This document shows, one piece after another, positions 26,632-37,190 of a DNA stretch of 64,000 nt (its first letter is position 1; each line of letters starts with the position of its first letter). The stretch spans positions 1,205 to 65,204 of IMG/VR virus record IMGVR_UViG_3300021376_000051, one strand, 5' to 3'. Both the position numbers and the translations under genes were made by a program. The notes beneath the pieces are model-generated. The model ran no database searches and was not told where the DNA came from. It saw only the letters and a program-made list of their open reading frames with translations. This stretch comes from a virus. Taxonomy: Duplodnaviria; Caudoviricetes.

Positions 26632-29600
26632 TTAGCATGGTTTTGTTAATGAGTTTAACAATTCTTTTTTGTCGTTTATATCATCTATATCTTCAATAAG
26701 TGATAAGACATAGGTTAAGCTTAGGTTATTAGCTTCTAATAGTTGTTTAAATCTACCTACCTCATCCTTAGTATAACCTAAGTTCTCAAGTTCAGCAGCG
26801 GCTGCTGCATCTTCTTTGCTATATACTTGGCTTTCGGTTACTGGATCTGGGGATGTAATTGGAGTAGATGGAGTAGTAACAACTGGTTCTGCGGGAGCCG
26901 TAGAGGCTATTACAGGCGTTACAGTCGGCTCTGCTGCTGGCGGTGGGGTAACTACTTCGGGAACCGCAGGAGCGACTGTAGGAGCTGGGGTAACTGCTTC
27001 AGGAGCCGCAGGAGCAACTGTAGGAGCTGGAGTAACTGCTTCAGTAGTGGTAGGAGCAACTGTGAGTGTTGGGGTAGCCGGTTGGCCTACAGTTGGTGCT
27101 AAACTCATGTCTATAAACCTTTGCTGAGCTTGTTCTAGCTCTTCTTTTCCTGTTTGTAGACCTCTTGCAGATTCTTCAGCCATCGTTTGTGCATTAGCCG
27201 CCATTCTATCTAAGTCTTGTCTACGTCTTTCAGCAATCCTAGCTTGTCTGGCTTCTTCTCTTTTTCTAGCTGGTGCATCTAAGATATCTTGTAACTGCAT
27301 AAAGAAGTTACCAAATCTGGAAGATAAACGTGCATTTGATGTTTCAATAGAATCCTGTGTATCCTGATTAAGAACTGTTTCTATTCCTTCTTTTACAAAT
27401 GTTTGTTCAAGTAAAGAAGTTATTAGCTTCATTCGTTTATCTGTATTACCAGAAATAGAATCAACAATCTTTTTATCGTTTTCGTCAGTAGAATTTAGGA
27501 AATCACTGAGGGCTTTGTTTAAATCTGATTCGGCTTGAGCTAAATCTGCGGCTTTACCAGATTGCTGTGCATCTTTTAGTTTTTTAGCTAGTTCACTATT
27601 TACTTTTAGGATATGTTCTTTTATTGCTTTATTAGTTGATTCTCTTGCCATTATGGTTAAAGCGTTTGTTCTAGTATCTGCGCGCATACCAGCACCAACC
27701 AGGGTTAATAAAGCAATGGCACCATCCTCAGTAAACTTAACGCCATTACCAGTATCTTTACTTACAATACCGGCTTCCATTAAATCTTTTAATGAAGTTG
27801 GATCTGCATTATAGTTTGTTTGTAATCCTTCAGCAACCTTACTAACCAAAACACCAGCTTCCATAAGGTTTCCAGTTGATATAGCACCTTCTGTACTTCG
27901 TAGTTGTCCAGCAATTTGAGAAAGAACTGGTATAGCTGTTTCAGCTCTACTTAGTCTACCTTCGCTTACTGAACCAAGGGTGTCTTCTAAAACAATCCCA
28001 CGAACAACCTGTTCTAGTCTAATTTGTTGTTGAATTGGACTTAGGTTTTCATATCTTCCATTTAGTGTATCCATGTAGAGACTTAGTTCTTGCATTCTGC
28101 TTTTGCTAAGATTGAATATACTAGCAACACGGTTGACAACGCCTTTACTTACGGCTCTACCAGAAAGGTGTACTGGAATAGATGCGCCACCAATTATACC
28201 ACCAAGCACTGGTTCCATTAACGCACCCTCAACAGAAGAGTGGTATAACTGTTCCCAGTCAAAGCTTTCTCTTAAGCCAAGTGCTATTTCGTAGTTTTGA
28301 TTAACAATGTCAGTAAATCCTTCTTCTAAAAAACCTTCAGCACTTTGAGATAGAGTCCATATACCCCCGCGTGCTGGTAATCTTGTATACCACTTCATGT
28401 TTTGTATATAGTTAGAAGCACTAGGTAATTTACTTAGTGTTTTTTCTAGTAGGGTTGTTGGAATATTGGCTGGTAACCACCGCACAACATTACTAGTTGC
28501 CCTATTTACTTCAGATGCAACTCTAGTACTACCACCAATGGCTGTTCTTAATGCTGCTGTTCTTGTTGATCCTGTTGCTGCTGTTCTAGCAGAAGCCATA
28601 GCAGTAGCACGCAAACCACCAGCTACTAGTAAATTAGTACCACCAGAAGCTACTGTGATCCCTAGTTGTCCAACAAAGTCTCCAGAAACTAATGTACTCT
28701 GAAGCATATCAGAACCTTTATAAAACTTATCCCACCACCAACCGTCTGTTTTTTCTATAGTAGAAAGGGATCTAGCAATTGAGTTATTAATAAATACTCT
28801 ATTTACATAACCACGGAACTCACCAGCAGTTTGCATTGATCTTAGAGTATTTGGATCTGCACCAGCTTTTACCATTTCTACATACAACTCTGGATCTCTT
28901 TCTATAATTAAATCAACTAAAAGATTAGCATTAATTTTAGGAGATAATTCTCTAGCTACTTCATCTGGATTTGTTGTAGTACCGCTGATTGTACTAAATA
29001 AAAAATCAACGATTGGGACATTATTCGGATCGACAAAACCAAGAACTGATGGATCAGCTGCTCCATAGTCTCCTGCTCTTTCATATCTAGTCCAGTTATT
29101 ATTAGCATCTAAGTTATAGTTATAAAAAGACTCTTCAAATTCATTTCTTCTAAGATATGTTTCTAATCCAAGTTTAGTAACTGTAGCAAGAATAGGCATT
29201 GCATCTTTTGCTAATACTGGATTACCATTTTCATAGCCTATAATTGAGTTTGGTCCTACGGGTTCATCTGGATCATTACCAACTAAAGAAGAACCAAGAC
29301 TACCAAAGGTAACTGGATTACCTGATCTATCAACATAGAAAACATCACCTTGCTCATTTGTTTTTGCGTTCCATCCTGGTATTTGTTCTACTTTAGGTTT
29401 CCATGCTGGACTTGTCTCAAATAATGAAGTTGAGTTGTATAGTCTATTAGATGATGCTATAACACCTTGGTTTGATGTAAGAAGCTCTAATCTACTACCA
29501 GCATAAGAGCCAGCCGCAGAACTTTCATAAAATCCCATAGTGCCTAATCTAAAATTACCGGATTTATCCATTGATAGGATACCAACATCTCCAAAATCTT

Positions 29601-30048
29601 TCTGAGCTTGTTCTTCAATGTCAGATCTTCCACCAAATTTTCTTAAAAACCTTTGAAAAAAGGGTAATTTTTCTTCATCTGTTTTTGGTGCAATGGATGT
29701 TCTTATTGTGAATGATTCTGATGGTGGTGCAAAACTAGTTGCAAGTGCAGCTTCCCTCATTATTGCTAGATTAGTAAAAAACTCTGGTGGTAGTTGTTTT
29801 TCTTTTTTTTCTGCAAATGGACTAGATGATAGAGGAATTGGAGTATCAATAATACTTAAGCCACCAACTCTAAGTTGACTAACCATATTTCTATAGTATG
29901 GCTCAATCTCTGATTGAGTTGCCGTATCAATAGCAAATACTTTTGCTAAATTTAGTATTCTTTCTTTTTCAACTTCACTTAGTTCTCTTGGTTGAAATGG
30001 TTGTATTGGGTTTTGTTCTCGAAATCGTCCAACACTATATTGATCCAT
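26632..30048 (-). CDS. Putative internal virion protein with a Pro/Thr/Ala-rich linker
   Basis: EGFLEEG..D segment and Gly/Ala-rich hydrophobic stretches typical of ejected proteins; cluster position. Confidence 0.65.
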   Translation of the reverse strand: MDQYSVGRFREQNPIQPFQPRELSEVEKERILNLAKVFAIDTATQSEIEPYYRNMVSQLRVGGLSIIDTPIPLSSSPFAEKKEKQLPPEFFTNLAIMREAALATSFAPPSESFTIRTSIAPKTDEEKLPFFQRFLRKFGGRSDIEEQAQKDFGDVGILSMDKSGNFRLGTMGFYESSAAGSYAGSRLELLTSNQGVIASSNRLYNSTSLFETSPAWKPKVEQIPGWNAKTNEQGDVFYVDRSGNPVTFGSLGSSLVGNDPDEPVGPNSIIGYENGNPVLAKDAMPILATVTKLGLETYLRRNEFEESFYNYNLDANNNWTRYERAGDYGAADPSVLGFVDPNNVPIVDFLFSTISGTTTNPDEVARELSPKINANLLVDLIIERDPELYVEMVKAGADPNTLRSMQTAGEFRGYVNRVFINNSIARSLSTIEKTDGWWWDKFYKGSDMLQSTLVSGDFVGQLGITVASGGTNLLVAGGLRATAMASARTAATGSTRTAALRTAIGGSTRVASEVNRATSNVVRWLPANIPTTLLEKTLSKLPSASNYIQNMKWYTRLPARGGIWTLSQSAEGFLEEGFTDIVNQNYEIALGLRESFDWEQLYHSSVEGALMEPVLGGIIGGASIPVHLSGRAVSKGVVNRVASIFNLSKSRMQELSLYMDTLNGRYENLSPIQQQIRLEQVVRGIVLEDTLGSVSEGRLSRAETAIPVLSQIAGQLRSTEGAISTGNLMEAGVLVSKVAEGLQTNYNADPTSLKDLMEAGIVSKDTGNGVKFTEDGAIALLTLVGAGMRADTRTNALTIMARESTNKAIKEHILKVNSELAKKLKDAQQSGKAADLAQAESDLNKALSDFLNSTDENDKKIVDSISGNTDKRMKLITSLLEQTFVKEGIETVLNQDTQDSIETSNARLSSRFGNFFMQLQDILDAPARKREEARQARIAERRRQDLDRMAANAQTMAEESARGLQTGKEELEQAQQRFIDMSLAPTVGQPATPTLTVAPTTTEAVTPAPTVAPAAPEAVTPAPTVAPAVPEVVTPPPAAEPTVTPVIASTAPAEPVVTTPSTPITSPDPVTESQVYSKEDAAAAAELENLGYTKDEVGRFKQLLEANNLSLTYVLSLIEDIDDINDKKELLNSLTKPC
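26950..27065 (-). repeat. 33-bp coding tandem repeats (EAVTPAPTVAP/APAAP)
   Basis: aggagc(g/a)actgtaggagctgg(g/a)gtaactgcttc occurs twice, plus partial copies. Confidence 0.8.
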
Positions 30049-33000
30049 TATCTAACTCCTTGAACAGAAAACATTTTCTTACCGAGCTGTAAATCCCTTA
30101 TTATCTTAAATGTTCTAGTAAATCTAACATTTCTGGATATTTCATTATTGGCTGGTGCATTAGTATCTACATTTGGGAATGCTCCAGGTATCCCATACGG
30201 AACAAGATTATTACCGCGTTTAATTAGTAGTACTGGTTTTTTTGTATCAAATGCTACATCAAACTTAACTTTATTTTGTGATCCAGCACCGATGTTAGCA
30301 TCTTTTAGTATTTTTAAAAGCTCTACACCCTGGCCCGTAGATAAAAGATGCTCAAGTACCGAAGTTGAATCAAGTCTTAAGTTAGGATTTGTAGTTAGGT
30401 TTAGTCCAAACATATCTGAAACATACTTTATATTACTTTCGGTAGCGGGTAAGGACATTAAACCAACAATTACCTGATCTGTTGGATCTAATCCTACTTC
30501 TATACCCCTGCGTTCACTGGGGTCTTTATCTACAATTTCTCTTAGTAATTCTGCATCTGCTTCAATCACATCAGCTATATCTGGTCTATCAACTGGTGAG
30601 TCTGTGCCTATCCAACTATCAAATTTATCTTCTAACTCATCAAAGTTTGGTATTTGTGCGCCACCAGACATTGCTTCTACAGCTTTTTGACGCATTGTTT
30701 CTGGTTGTAATTCACTAGGTAATCTAGGAATATTTGGTAATCTTGTCTGGTAGCTTATTTGAGTATTTGATCCTGGATTTCCAGTAATAAAACTAGAACT
30801 AACCCTACCATTAGTAAATGTAAATGTAGGTGAAAACTTTGGAATACTAGCTCCAGATACCTCGCTATATTTAATACCAGATCTAAATAACTCTTTAACA
30901 CCACTAAATCTCTCTTCTGGTGTACCTATTAATTCCGCTCTGTCCATTACTCCATTTAATATTATAGGAAGTTTCATTAAAGATTTAACAGTTTCTGGAT
31001 TTCCCTTTAATGCTTCATTAAAATAATACTGTAGTTTTTGGTCTGGCGTTAGTTTGTTCCAAGGTAATAGAGTTTCTGTTGATACCATTCTAGTCCCACC
31101 ACCCACACTTTTTTCTTGTGTACTTGATACAGTAGTAACAACTGTTTTATTTTCTGTATCACCGGGTAATGGAATTCCATTTGGTAATAGTGGTTCTAAT
31201 AAACCATGTATTTGCTCTAAAGATGATTGAGCAACTACTTTTGGTGAACCAACAATAGAAGCAGCCGGAACTCCAATTTCCTTTGCCATTGCAATCGTTA
31301 CATATGTTCCAAATTCTTCATCAGAGCCGAGTGGACTTGTGTTACCAGCTTGTAGTGCTCTTGTATATGTATTAACTCTTTCTCCAGCAGTAGTTCCCAC
31401 TGAATATCTAACATCTACTGAGCCAGATCCAGTAACAGCAGCTAAAGATACGTCAAGAGCTGTAGCATATATTGTACTATACTTACTAATATTAGCAGTT
31501 GGTGGTATTTCTTGTGATGCCACAAATTCCATAAAGTTTTGCATTACTGGTTGATCATTAAACACACCAATAGTTTGTTTTGAGTTTTTAAAACCTCTAG
31601 TCATTTCTAGCACGGCAAAGAAATTACTTGGCGTTAGATCATCAATACTCTCAGCCGATAAAGCTTCTAATCTTCTTTTGTAATCAGCTAAATATTCATT
31701 TCTACCAGCATAACCTAAATCACTTGCGATTATTTCTGCTTGTATTCTAAGTTTTAAACCTATTCTTCTACCATCCGGGGTAATAATTCCTGCATTATCT
31801 ACCCAGTTTGTTTGGTCGATTAAAGCAGCATCAACTGGTTCTAGTGGATCAAAGTACTTTAATTCGTCTTTTGATTTTCCATAAAGTGTTTTATAAGCAT
31901 CATCAACTTTAGTTAAAACTTGATTAGCCTCAATTAACCTTATTTGTTCTGTTGTTGCTCTACCCGAACTTAATGCACTGTACGCATCTATTTCTTCGGT
32001 TGAAAGTAATCTCTTACTTTGAGCTGTAAGCAGTAATGCTTGTTCAGTTGCTAATTCAAATGAAGTTTCAAATCTAGTAGCAACGTCATATATTATACCG
32101 GCTTCTCTTCTTGCTTCTGGTGTGGCAAATGGATCATTAAACACATCTAAAGCTTTTTGAACTATACTTGGATCTTTAATTATTGCTTGTTTTGCTGCTG
32201 TTTCACCTGGTATATTTACACCAAGTTTTGATGATCCTGTTCCAGTAGCTCCCCTAGAAGATCTAATACCAGATTCAGATAAGGTTTTAACAAAATCATC
32301 CTGTATTTTTATTAGATTTTCTGGAGTAAGTCCTACGCTATCTAATAGTTTTTTATCCTCGGGGCTTAGATTTCTAATAATATCAGCTGGCATTTCTGTT
32401 CTAAGTGCTACAAATCCATCTTTATCTTTTGTAACAAATAACTGCTCTACTGTTGAGATTGGTAATCCAGTCTGTAAACTAAACTGTGATACAAATTTTG
32501 AAGTTGTATCTTCAAGACTTGGTGGTTGATTACCCATAGCAGTATTGATTTGAATGCTTCTTCTAATAGACTCAGATACTCTAGTTGATGCATCCATTAC
32601 AGCAGAAGAAATACTTTGACCTTCTTTTGTTGTTCTAACAAAATTAATTACATCAGCTGTTTTTAATTTCTTTAAAGATCCTTTTAGGGGTAATGACCTA
32701 AAACCATTATTTAGTCCTCCTTCAAGTATTCGTATTTGTTCTTCTATTGGTAGTTGACTTAATTTACCTGTTTCTAAATCATTTAGTATATCAGTAGCAT
32801 TCCTAGTCTTAAAAACCTTATCTAGTTCTTCTTCAAGTATTCGTATTTTTTCTGCTGGTGGTAGTTGACTAAAGTTTAAGTCACCATTTAATCTACCGGT
32901 TTCTAAACCATATAGTATATCAGTAGCATACTTAGTAATTGTATTTAGCTGTTGTGTTTCGTTTTGATCAGCTAATACTTGTTTTAATGAGGTTGTTGTA

Positions 33001-34028
33001 GACTCTAGATTTTCTGGTGTTGGGTTGGCTCTAAAATTTAAAGATGCTATATCATAAGCAGAAGATGCTCTTCTTAATCTATCTTCTGTTTTCATTCTTC
33101 TAGAAAGATCCCAAATATCCTTTGCAGAGGCATCTCTAATACCCGTGGACTTTACAATAAAATCACCTTGAGCTTTTTCATCTTCAATTTTAAGACCAAT
33201 AAAGGTTAGGTCTTTACCCCATTTTTTGTCAAATGCTTCTTTAAACTCAGCAAAACTTTTAGCACCAGTAGCCATGTTTAATGTTTCAGCATAAATAGGG
33301 TCTGTTTCTTTTAGATTATCTGCCCCAATCTCTCCATCAACAAGTGCTTTTTGTTTATCTGGTGTTAGGGTATAATCAGCAGCCTGACTTATCACAGCTT
33401 GATTTAAAGCTCTCTGGGATTCCATTTCAACAAAGGTTGCTTGAGCTTGTGTAAAGATACCCTCAACCCAAGGAACTCCGGCCAGTGCTGGATTTTCTTT
33501 GATAAACTCATCCATAGCTTCCTGGATAAGTTGTGGACCCATGATATCACTATACTTATCACTTTTGCTCATTACCCACTTATTAAAACTATTTTGAGCT
33601 ACTTCATTTGAGAAATCCGCACCCCAAGATTTTACTACTCTTCTTGTAAACTGCGATTTCCACTCGTTGCCTGAGAATGGTGTTTCTGTTTTATTTAGGA
33701 TCTTATTAAACTCAGAGATTTTTTCATCTGGTGACAAGGTATCATTAGCATCAATCTCTTCCCACTGGGATTCAACTTTTGAAATTGTTCGTCTATCTAG
33801 GGTTTGAGCAATGCTTGAGAAGTTATTTAAACCTTGCTGAACACCACCAGCAATCTCAGCTAGTGCCATATATTGTAGTTCTTCATTACCCCTACCAACA
33901 TAAGTTGGAGCCTTAGCAACGTCTGTCTGTCCACCATAAAACTCAGCACTTGTAAATTCTACTGGATTAGCAGAAACAGATGTTGGAGCTACTTGATCAA
34001 TTCTTAATAGATTTCGTATATCTGCCAT
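30048..34028 (-). CDS. Putative internal virion protein (gp15-like position)
   Basis: Large helical protein following the gp14-like gene; LAEIAGG..Q.L..F N-terminal segment. Confidence 0.6.
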   Translation of the reverse strand: MADIRNLLRIDQVAPTSVSANPVEFTSAEFYGGQTDVAKAPTYVGRGNEELQYMALAEIAGGVQQGLNNFSSIAQTLDRRTISKVESQWEEIDANDTLSPDEKISEFNKILNKTETPFSGNEWKSQFTRRVVKSWGADFSNEVAQNSFNKWVMSKSDKYSDIMGPQLIQEAMDEFIKENPALAGVPWVEGIFTQAQATFVEMESQRALNQAVISQAADYTLTPDKQKALVDGEIGADNLKETDPIYAETLNMATGAKSFAEFKEAFDKKWGKDLTFIGLKIEDEKAQGDFIVKSTGIRDASAKDIWDLSRRMKTEDRLRRASSAYDIASLNFRANPTPENLESTTTSLKQVLADQNETQQLNTITKYATDILYGLETGRLNGDLNFSQLPPAEKIRILEEELDKVFKTRNATDILNDLETGKLSQLPIEEQIRILEGGLNNGFRSLPLKGSLKKLKTADVINFVRTTKEGQSISSAVMDASTRVSESIRRSIQINTAMGNQPPSLEDTTSKFVSQFSLQTGLPISTVEQLFVTKDKDGFVALRTEMPADIIRNLSPEDKKLLDSVGLTPENLIKIQDDFVKTLSESGIRSSRGATGTGSSKLGVNIPGETAAKQAIIKDPSIVQKALDVFNDPFATPEARREAGIIYDVATRFETSFELATEQALLLTAQSKRLLSTEEIDAYSALSSGRATTEQIRLIEANQVLTKVDDAYKTLYGKSKDELKYFDPLEPVDAALIDQTNWVDNAGIITPDGRRIGLKLRIQAEIIASDLGYAGRNEYLADYKRRLEALSAESIDDLTPSNFFAVLEMTRGFKNSKQTIGVFNDQPVMQNFMEFVASQEIPPTANISKYSTIYATALDVSLAAVTGSGSVDVRYSVGTTAGERVNTYTRALQAGNTSPLGSDEEFGTYVTIAMAKEIGVPAASIVGSPKVVAQSSLEQIHGLLEPLLPNGIPLPGDTENKTVVTTVSSTQEKSVGGGTRMVSTETLLPWNKLTPDQKLQYYFNEALKGNPETVKSLMKLPIILNGVMDRAELIGTPEERFSGVKELFRSGIKYSEVSGASIPKFSPTFTFTNGRVSSSFITGNPGSNTQISYQTRLPNIPRLPSELQPETMRQKAVEAMSGGAQIPNFDELEDKFDSWIGTDSPVDRPDIADVIEADAELLREIVDKDPSERRGIEVGLDPTDQVIVGLMSLPATESNIKYVSDMFGLNLTTNPNLRLDSTSVLEHLLSTGQGVELLKILKDANIGAGSQNKVKFDVAFDTKKPVLLIKRGNNLVPYGIPGAFPNVDTNAPANNEISRNVRFTRTFKIIRDLQLGKKMFSVQGVR

Positions 34029-34046
34029 TTTTAATTCTCCTTAAAA

Positions 34047-34697
34047 TTAACCAAAAGCTCCACCAATTGCTGCGCCACCAATACCACCCGCAATTTGAGC
34101 AGCACCAGCAATATAACCAGCTGTTGCATAAGCTGATGAGTTTTCATATATTGGACGTTCTCCAGCAATTCTTAAATTCGGTAAGAAAATGTTTTCTGTT
34201 CGTTGAGACATAGTAGATCTAAATTCTCTATCAAGATTTTGTAGTTCTGTTAGGTAGTTTTTCTTTAGCTGGGTTGCATTATTAATTACATCAATATTTT
34301 GTGCCAAAGATAAAGCCGCATATAAACCACTGTTTGCAGAAATGCCTTTATTTGTTACTGCATTTAGCAAAGAAGCACCGGCTTGTGTAGCCTGTCTTGA
34401 TAACTGTGTGTTTTGGAATGTGTTTATTTCTGCTGCGTTTTGGCCTTTTTCTGTTCTTGTTCTATATGCAGAAGAAGATATAGCCATATTTCTTTTTGTT
34501 TGTTGCGTAAAGTTATATGCTGACATAAACTGTTCTCTAGCATTAAAATTTGCAACTTCTCTTAAGTTTTGCAACCATTGTTGATATGCTGCTTGATTTC
34601 TTTGTTCTGAAGCTGCTTGATTTGCTCTTCCTTGAGCCATTGTACTTATACCACCCGCGATAGCAGTACCAATTAGTGCACCAGCTATAATAGCCAT
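34047..34697 (-). CDS. Internal virion protein (gp14-like)
   Basis: Gly/Ala-rich hydrophobic ends, Gln-rich middle, GISANS; size ~200 aa. Confidence 0.7.
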   Translation of the reverse strand: MAIIAGALIGTAIAGGISTMAQGRANQAASEQRNQAAYQQWLQNLREVANFNAREQFMSAYNFTQQTKRNMAISSSAYRTRTEKGQNAAEINTFQNTQLSRQATQAGASLLNAVTNKGISANSGLYAALSLAQNIDVINNATQLKKNYLTELQNLDREFRSTMSQRTENIFLPNLRIAGERPIYENSSAYATAGYIAGAAQIAGGIGGAAIGGAFG

Positions 34698-35206
34698 TAC
34701 AGACCTCTTTCTAAATAGTTTAGAATTTCTTTAGTTCTATTAGTTAAATCTTCAGTATATACATGTAACACAGAGTTAAATTTATATTTATTAAGTGCTT
34801 CTAAATGATTGTTATAAATAGTTTCTACAGATAAATCCGAAAATAAACTACCAACTTTTGTTTTAATTTCATCCTTCCACACTTTATACATACTGTTTAA
34901 CTGCGCTTGTTTATCTTTTCTTTCAATTATTACGGCAGCACCAATACTATTTGGATCTAGTAGTTTAAGACCTTGGGACCACATCTTTATAATGTATCCA
35001 TCAAGTGCATTGGTTGCGGCTAGTTGTGGTATTATATAGGGATCTAATTCCCAGTATCCACTTGGATTATGTTTTTTTATTGTAAGACCCTTTAAATGTT
35101 TTTTACCCATAATAGGTAATCCAGCTTTACGGGCTTCATTCATTATGTACGAAGTACCAACCCTGGGTCCTACCCCAGTTACAATAGATATCATCTCCAA
35201 CCCCAT
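34697..35206 (-). CDS. Sulfotransferase-like P-loop protein
   Basis: IVTGVGPRVGTSYIM (PAPS-binding loop like G.PRSGTS..M); NPSGYWE; IIER....QL.S. Confidence 0.65.
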   Translation of the reverse strand: MGLEMISIVTGVGPRVGTSYIMNEARKAGLPIMGKKHLKGLTIKKHNPSGYWELDPYIIPQLAATNALDGYIIKMWSQGLKLLDPNSIGAAVIIERKDKQAQLNSMYKVWKDEIKTKVGSLFSDLSVETIYNNHLEALNKYKFNSVLHVYTEDLTNRTKEILNYLERGL

Positions 35207-36852
35207 TGATTTTTCTTAGGTGGTTTATGATTAGTTGATATTAGTTTTAAAGCACCGCTGCTTGGAATATAATCACCAGCCCTAAAGTTTTCAGCCCAGT
35301 TTTTTACTCGCTTTTCCCAAGCTTTCTTCTGATTATCTTCTGAAGCCTTAGAAACATCTAACTTCATATGTTCTTTATAGTATTCTACAGCTGATGCCAA
35401 TACGTCAATCCTATCGTCATGCTTTAGTGCCCCACGTCCACGATGGATTCTAGTCAACTGAACTTGGTTTTCTTGGTCTTTAATTACCTTACGATCAATA
35501 ACCAATCTATGCATAGCCATAACAGGCTCTAGAGTTTCTATAATACGGATTTCTTTTTGTCCTTTTACCTTGTATTCTTCTACACCTACCCTGCCGCATT
35601 CATTCATTAGAAATGGTACTAATACTTTGGTAAACAAACCATCACCAAAGTTAGACTCCGTTCTAACTAGTTTTATTTCATATTCATTGACAAGTTTAGC
35701 AATTTTACCTAGGGTAATGTCATCATATCCGCCATCAATACCCATTAGTTCATGTACAAAGATCATTCCATTTAGTACAGAAACAACGGCAACCCCGGTT
35801 TGGTCTGTTCCTCTACCCGATGGGTCAATACAAAGATGTGTATGTTGATATGGCATAAAGTTATCAGACATGTGCATTGGTTCTGGAATTATGTCTCCAG
35901 TTATACCAAACATTGGCATACCTGATAATGCATTTTGACCCTGCCAAACTATTAGATCTGGAGCTACTGTAGGATTAATATCCATAACAATAAGATCCCG
36001 TAACTTTAGTGGGTATCTATCGGCATCGGCTAAAGAGGTTATAAGACGATATTGTAGAGCATACGCGCTAGGCCCCATTTTAGCCTGTCTGGCGGCTAGC
36101 TCTACTCGGTCGAACCGTTCGGGCTGGGTTGCATCCCCTGGCTCTATATCAAGCTCTAGGACCCAAGGAGCCACGTCCTCAGTCTCATGGGGAGTTAGAG
36201 CATTAGGCATTTCAGCCGGATACTTAATCATAGGATATGATACTTTAAGGACATTATAAATAGAGTCCTGATAATGGGGTGTACCTAGGAATATAACTCT
36301 AGACGGTTTGTTCCTAATAGACTCAAGTTCATTGAGTTTCTTAAGTAAGTTTTCCTTACCTATTGGTGTTTCATTCTTACCAGCAATCTCAATGTCATCT
36401 AGGATAATACGATCTGCGTGAAGACCAGTAATTTGCCCAGTAATACCACGGGCTGCACAACTTAGATCCTGTGTAAACTTAGTCCTAACAGATATGTTAA
36501 AACCAAGTGCGTTATCCTTATCTGCTTCACCTGGAATAAGGTGTTGGCAGTATGGAACAACAGATAAAATCTTTCTAGCTTGGGAAACAAAGTCAATAGC
36601 TTTTCCCTGAGTATTAGACAATACAAGAAAGGTACAGTTAGGATTTCTTAACCACTCCCAACTTGCCATACAAGCTGTAATGGTTGATTTACCAGTACCG
36701 CGTCCTGCGGCTATAATTTGATCTTCTGGACCCTCCTGGATTTGTCTAGCTAGTTCATATTGGATTCGGGTAGGTTCCCCAAGGCCGAGATGCTTAAAAC
36801 AAAAGTAAAGGTGGTTTCTAAAATCATCTACAACTTCTTGGGGAACCCGCAT
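35191..36852 (-). CDS. terL: Terminase large subunit (T7 gp19-like)
   Basis: RGTGKSTIT Walker A; IILDDIE; LGTP; IDPSGRG.D; ESNFGDG; HDDRIDVLA. Confidence 0.96.
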   Translation of the reverse strand: MRVPQEVVDDFRNHLYFCFKHLGLGEPTRIQYELARQIQEGPEDQIIAAGRGTGKSTITACMASWEWLRNPNCTFLVLSNTQGKAIDFVSQARKILSVVPYCQHLIPGEADKDNALGFNISVRTKFTQDLSCAARGITGQITGLHADRIILDDIEIAGKNETPIGKENLLKKLNELESIRNKPSRVIFLGTPHYQDSIYNVLKVSYPMIKYPAEMPNALTPHETEDVAPWVLELDIEPGDATQPERFDRVELAARQAKMGPSAYALQYRLITSLADADRYPLKLRDLIVMDINPTVAPDLIVWQGQNALSGMPMFGITGDIIPEPMHMSDNFMPYQHTHLCIDPSGRGTDQTGVAVVSVLNGMIFVHELMGIDGGYDDITLGKIAKLVNEYEIKLVRTESNFGDGLFTKVLVPFLMNECGRVGVEEYKVKGQKEIRIIETLEPVMAMHRLVIDRKVIKDQENQVQLTRIHRGRGALKHDDRIDVLASAVEYYKEHMKLDVSKASEDNQKKAWEKRVKNWAENFRAGDYIPSSGALKLISTNHKPPKKNQWGWR

Positions 36853-36864
36853 CCGAATCTCCTA

Positions 36865-37086
36865 TTAATAAGTGGCCTGTTTCATCTTGAATGGAGCAGC
36901 ATTTTTCATGGCTTGCTCAACAGCTTCAATAGACTCACTTGGAATCTTGTTAACCTGGTCCTTGTGGTCACTAAGGATACCACGGACTACAGTGTAAAAA
37001 CCAGGAGTACACTTAGCTTCATCACCAAAGTCGGCAATAAGACGAGCAATCAATAACTCCTGTAACTTATTTAAATGCTCCTTCAT
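36865..37086 (-). CDS. Terminase small subunit (gp18-like)
   Basis: Short helical protein directly upstream of terL; L..L..LL...L...TP. Confidence 0.65.
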   Translation of the reverse strand: MKEHLNKLQELLIARLIADFGDEAKCTPGFYTVVRGILSDHKDQVNKIPSESIEAVEQAMKNAAPFKMKQATY

Positions 37087-37087
37087 A

Positions 37088-37189
37088 TCACTTCTTGCCT
37101 AGCTTAGTGATTGGGAAGACATGACCAGCAACATAACCAACTACAAATAACATACCAGCAAACCAAAGACTGCCTAAAAATGATTCCAT
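37088..37189 (-). CDS. 33-aa single-TM peptide (not in ORF track)
   Basis: GGAG RBS; MESFLGSLWFAGMLFVVGYVAGHVFPITKLGKK. Confidence 0.6.
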   Translation of the reverse strand: MESFLGSLWFAGMLFVVGYVAGHVFPITKLGKK

Positions 37190-37190
37190 A

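Noticed and set aside
26816-27127. Plus-strand Gly/Ala/Val-rich ORFs
   Set aside because: Antisense of the Pro/Thr/Ala linker repeats
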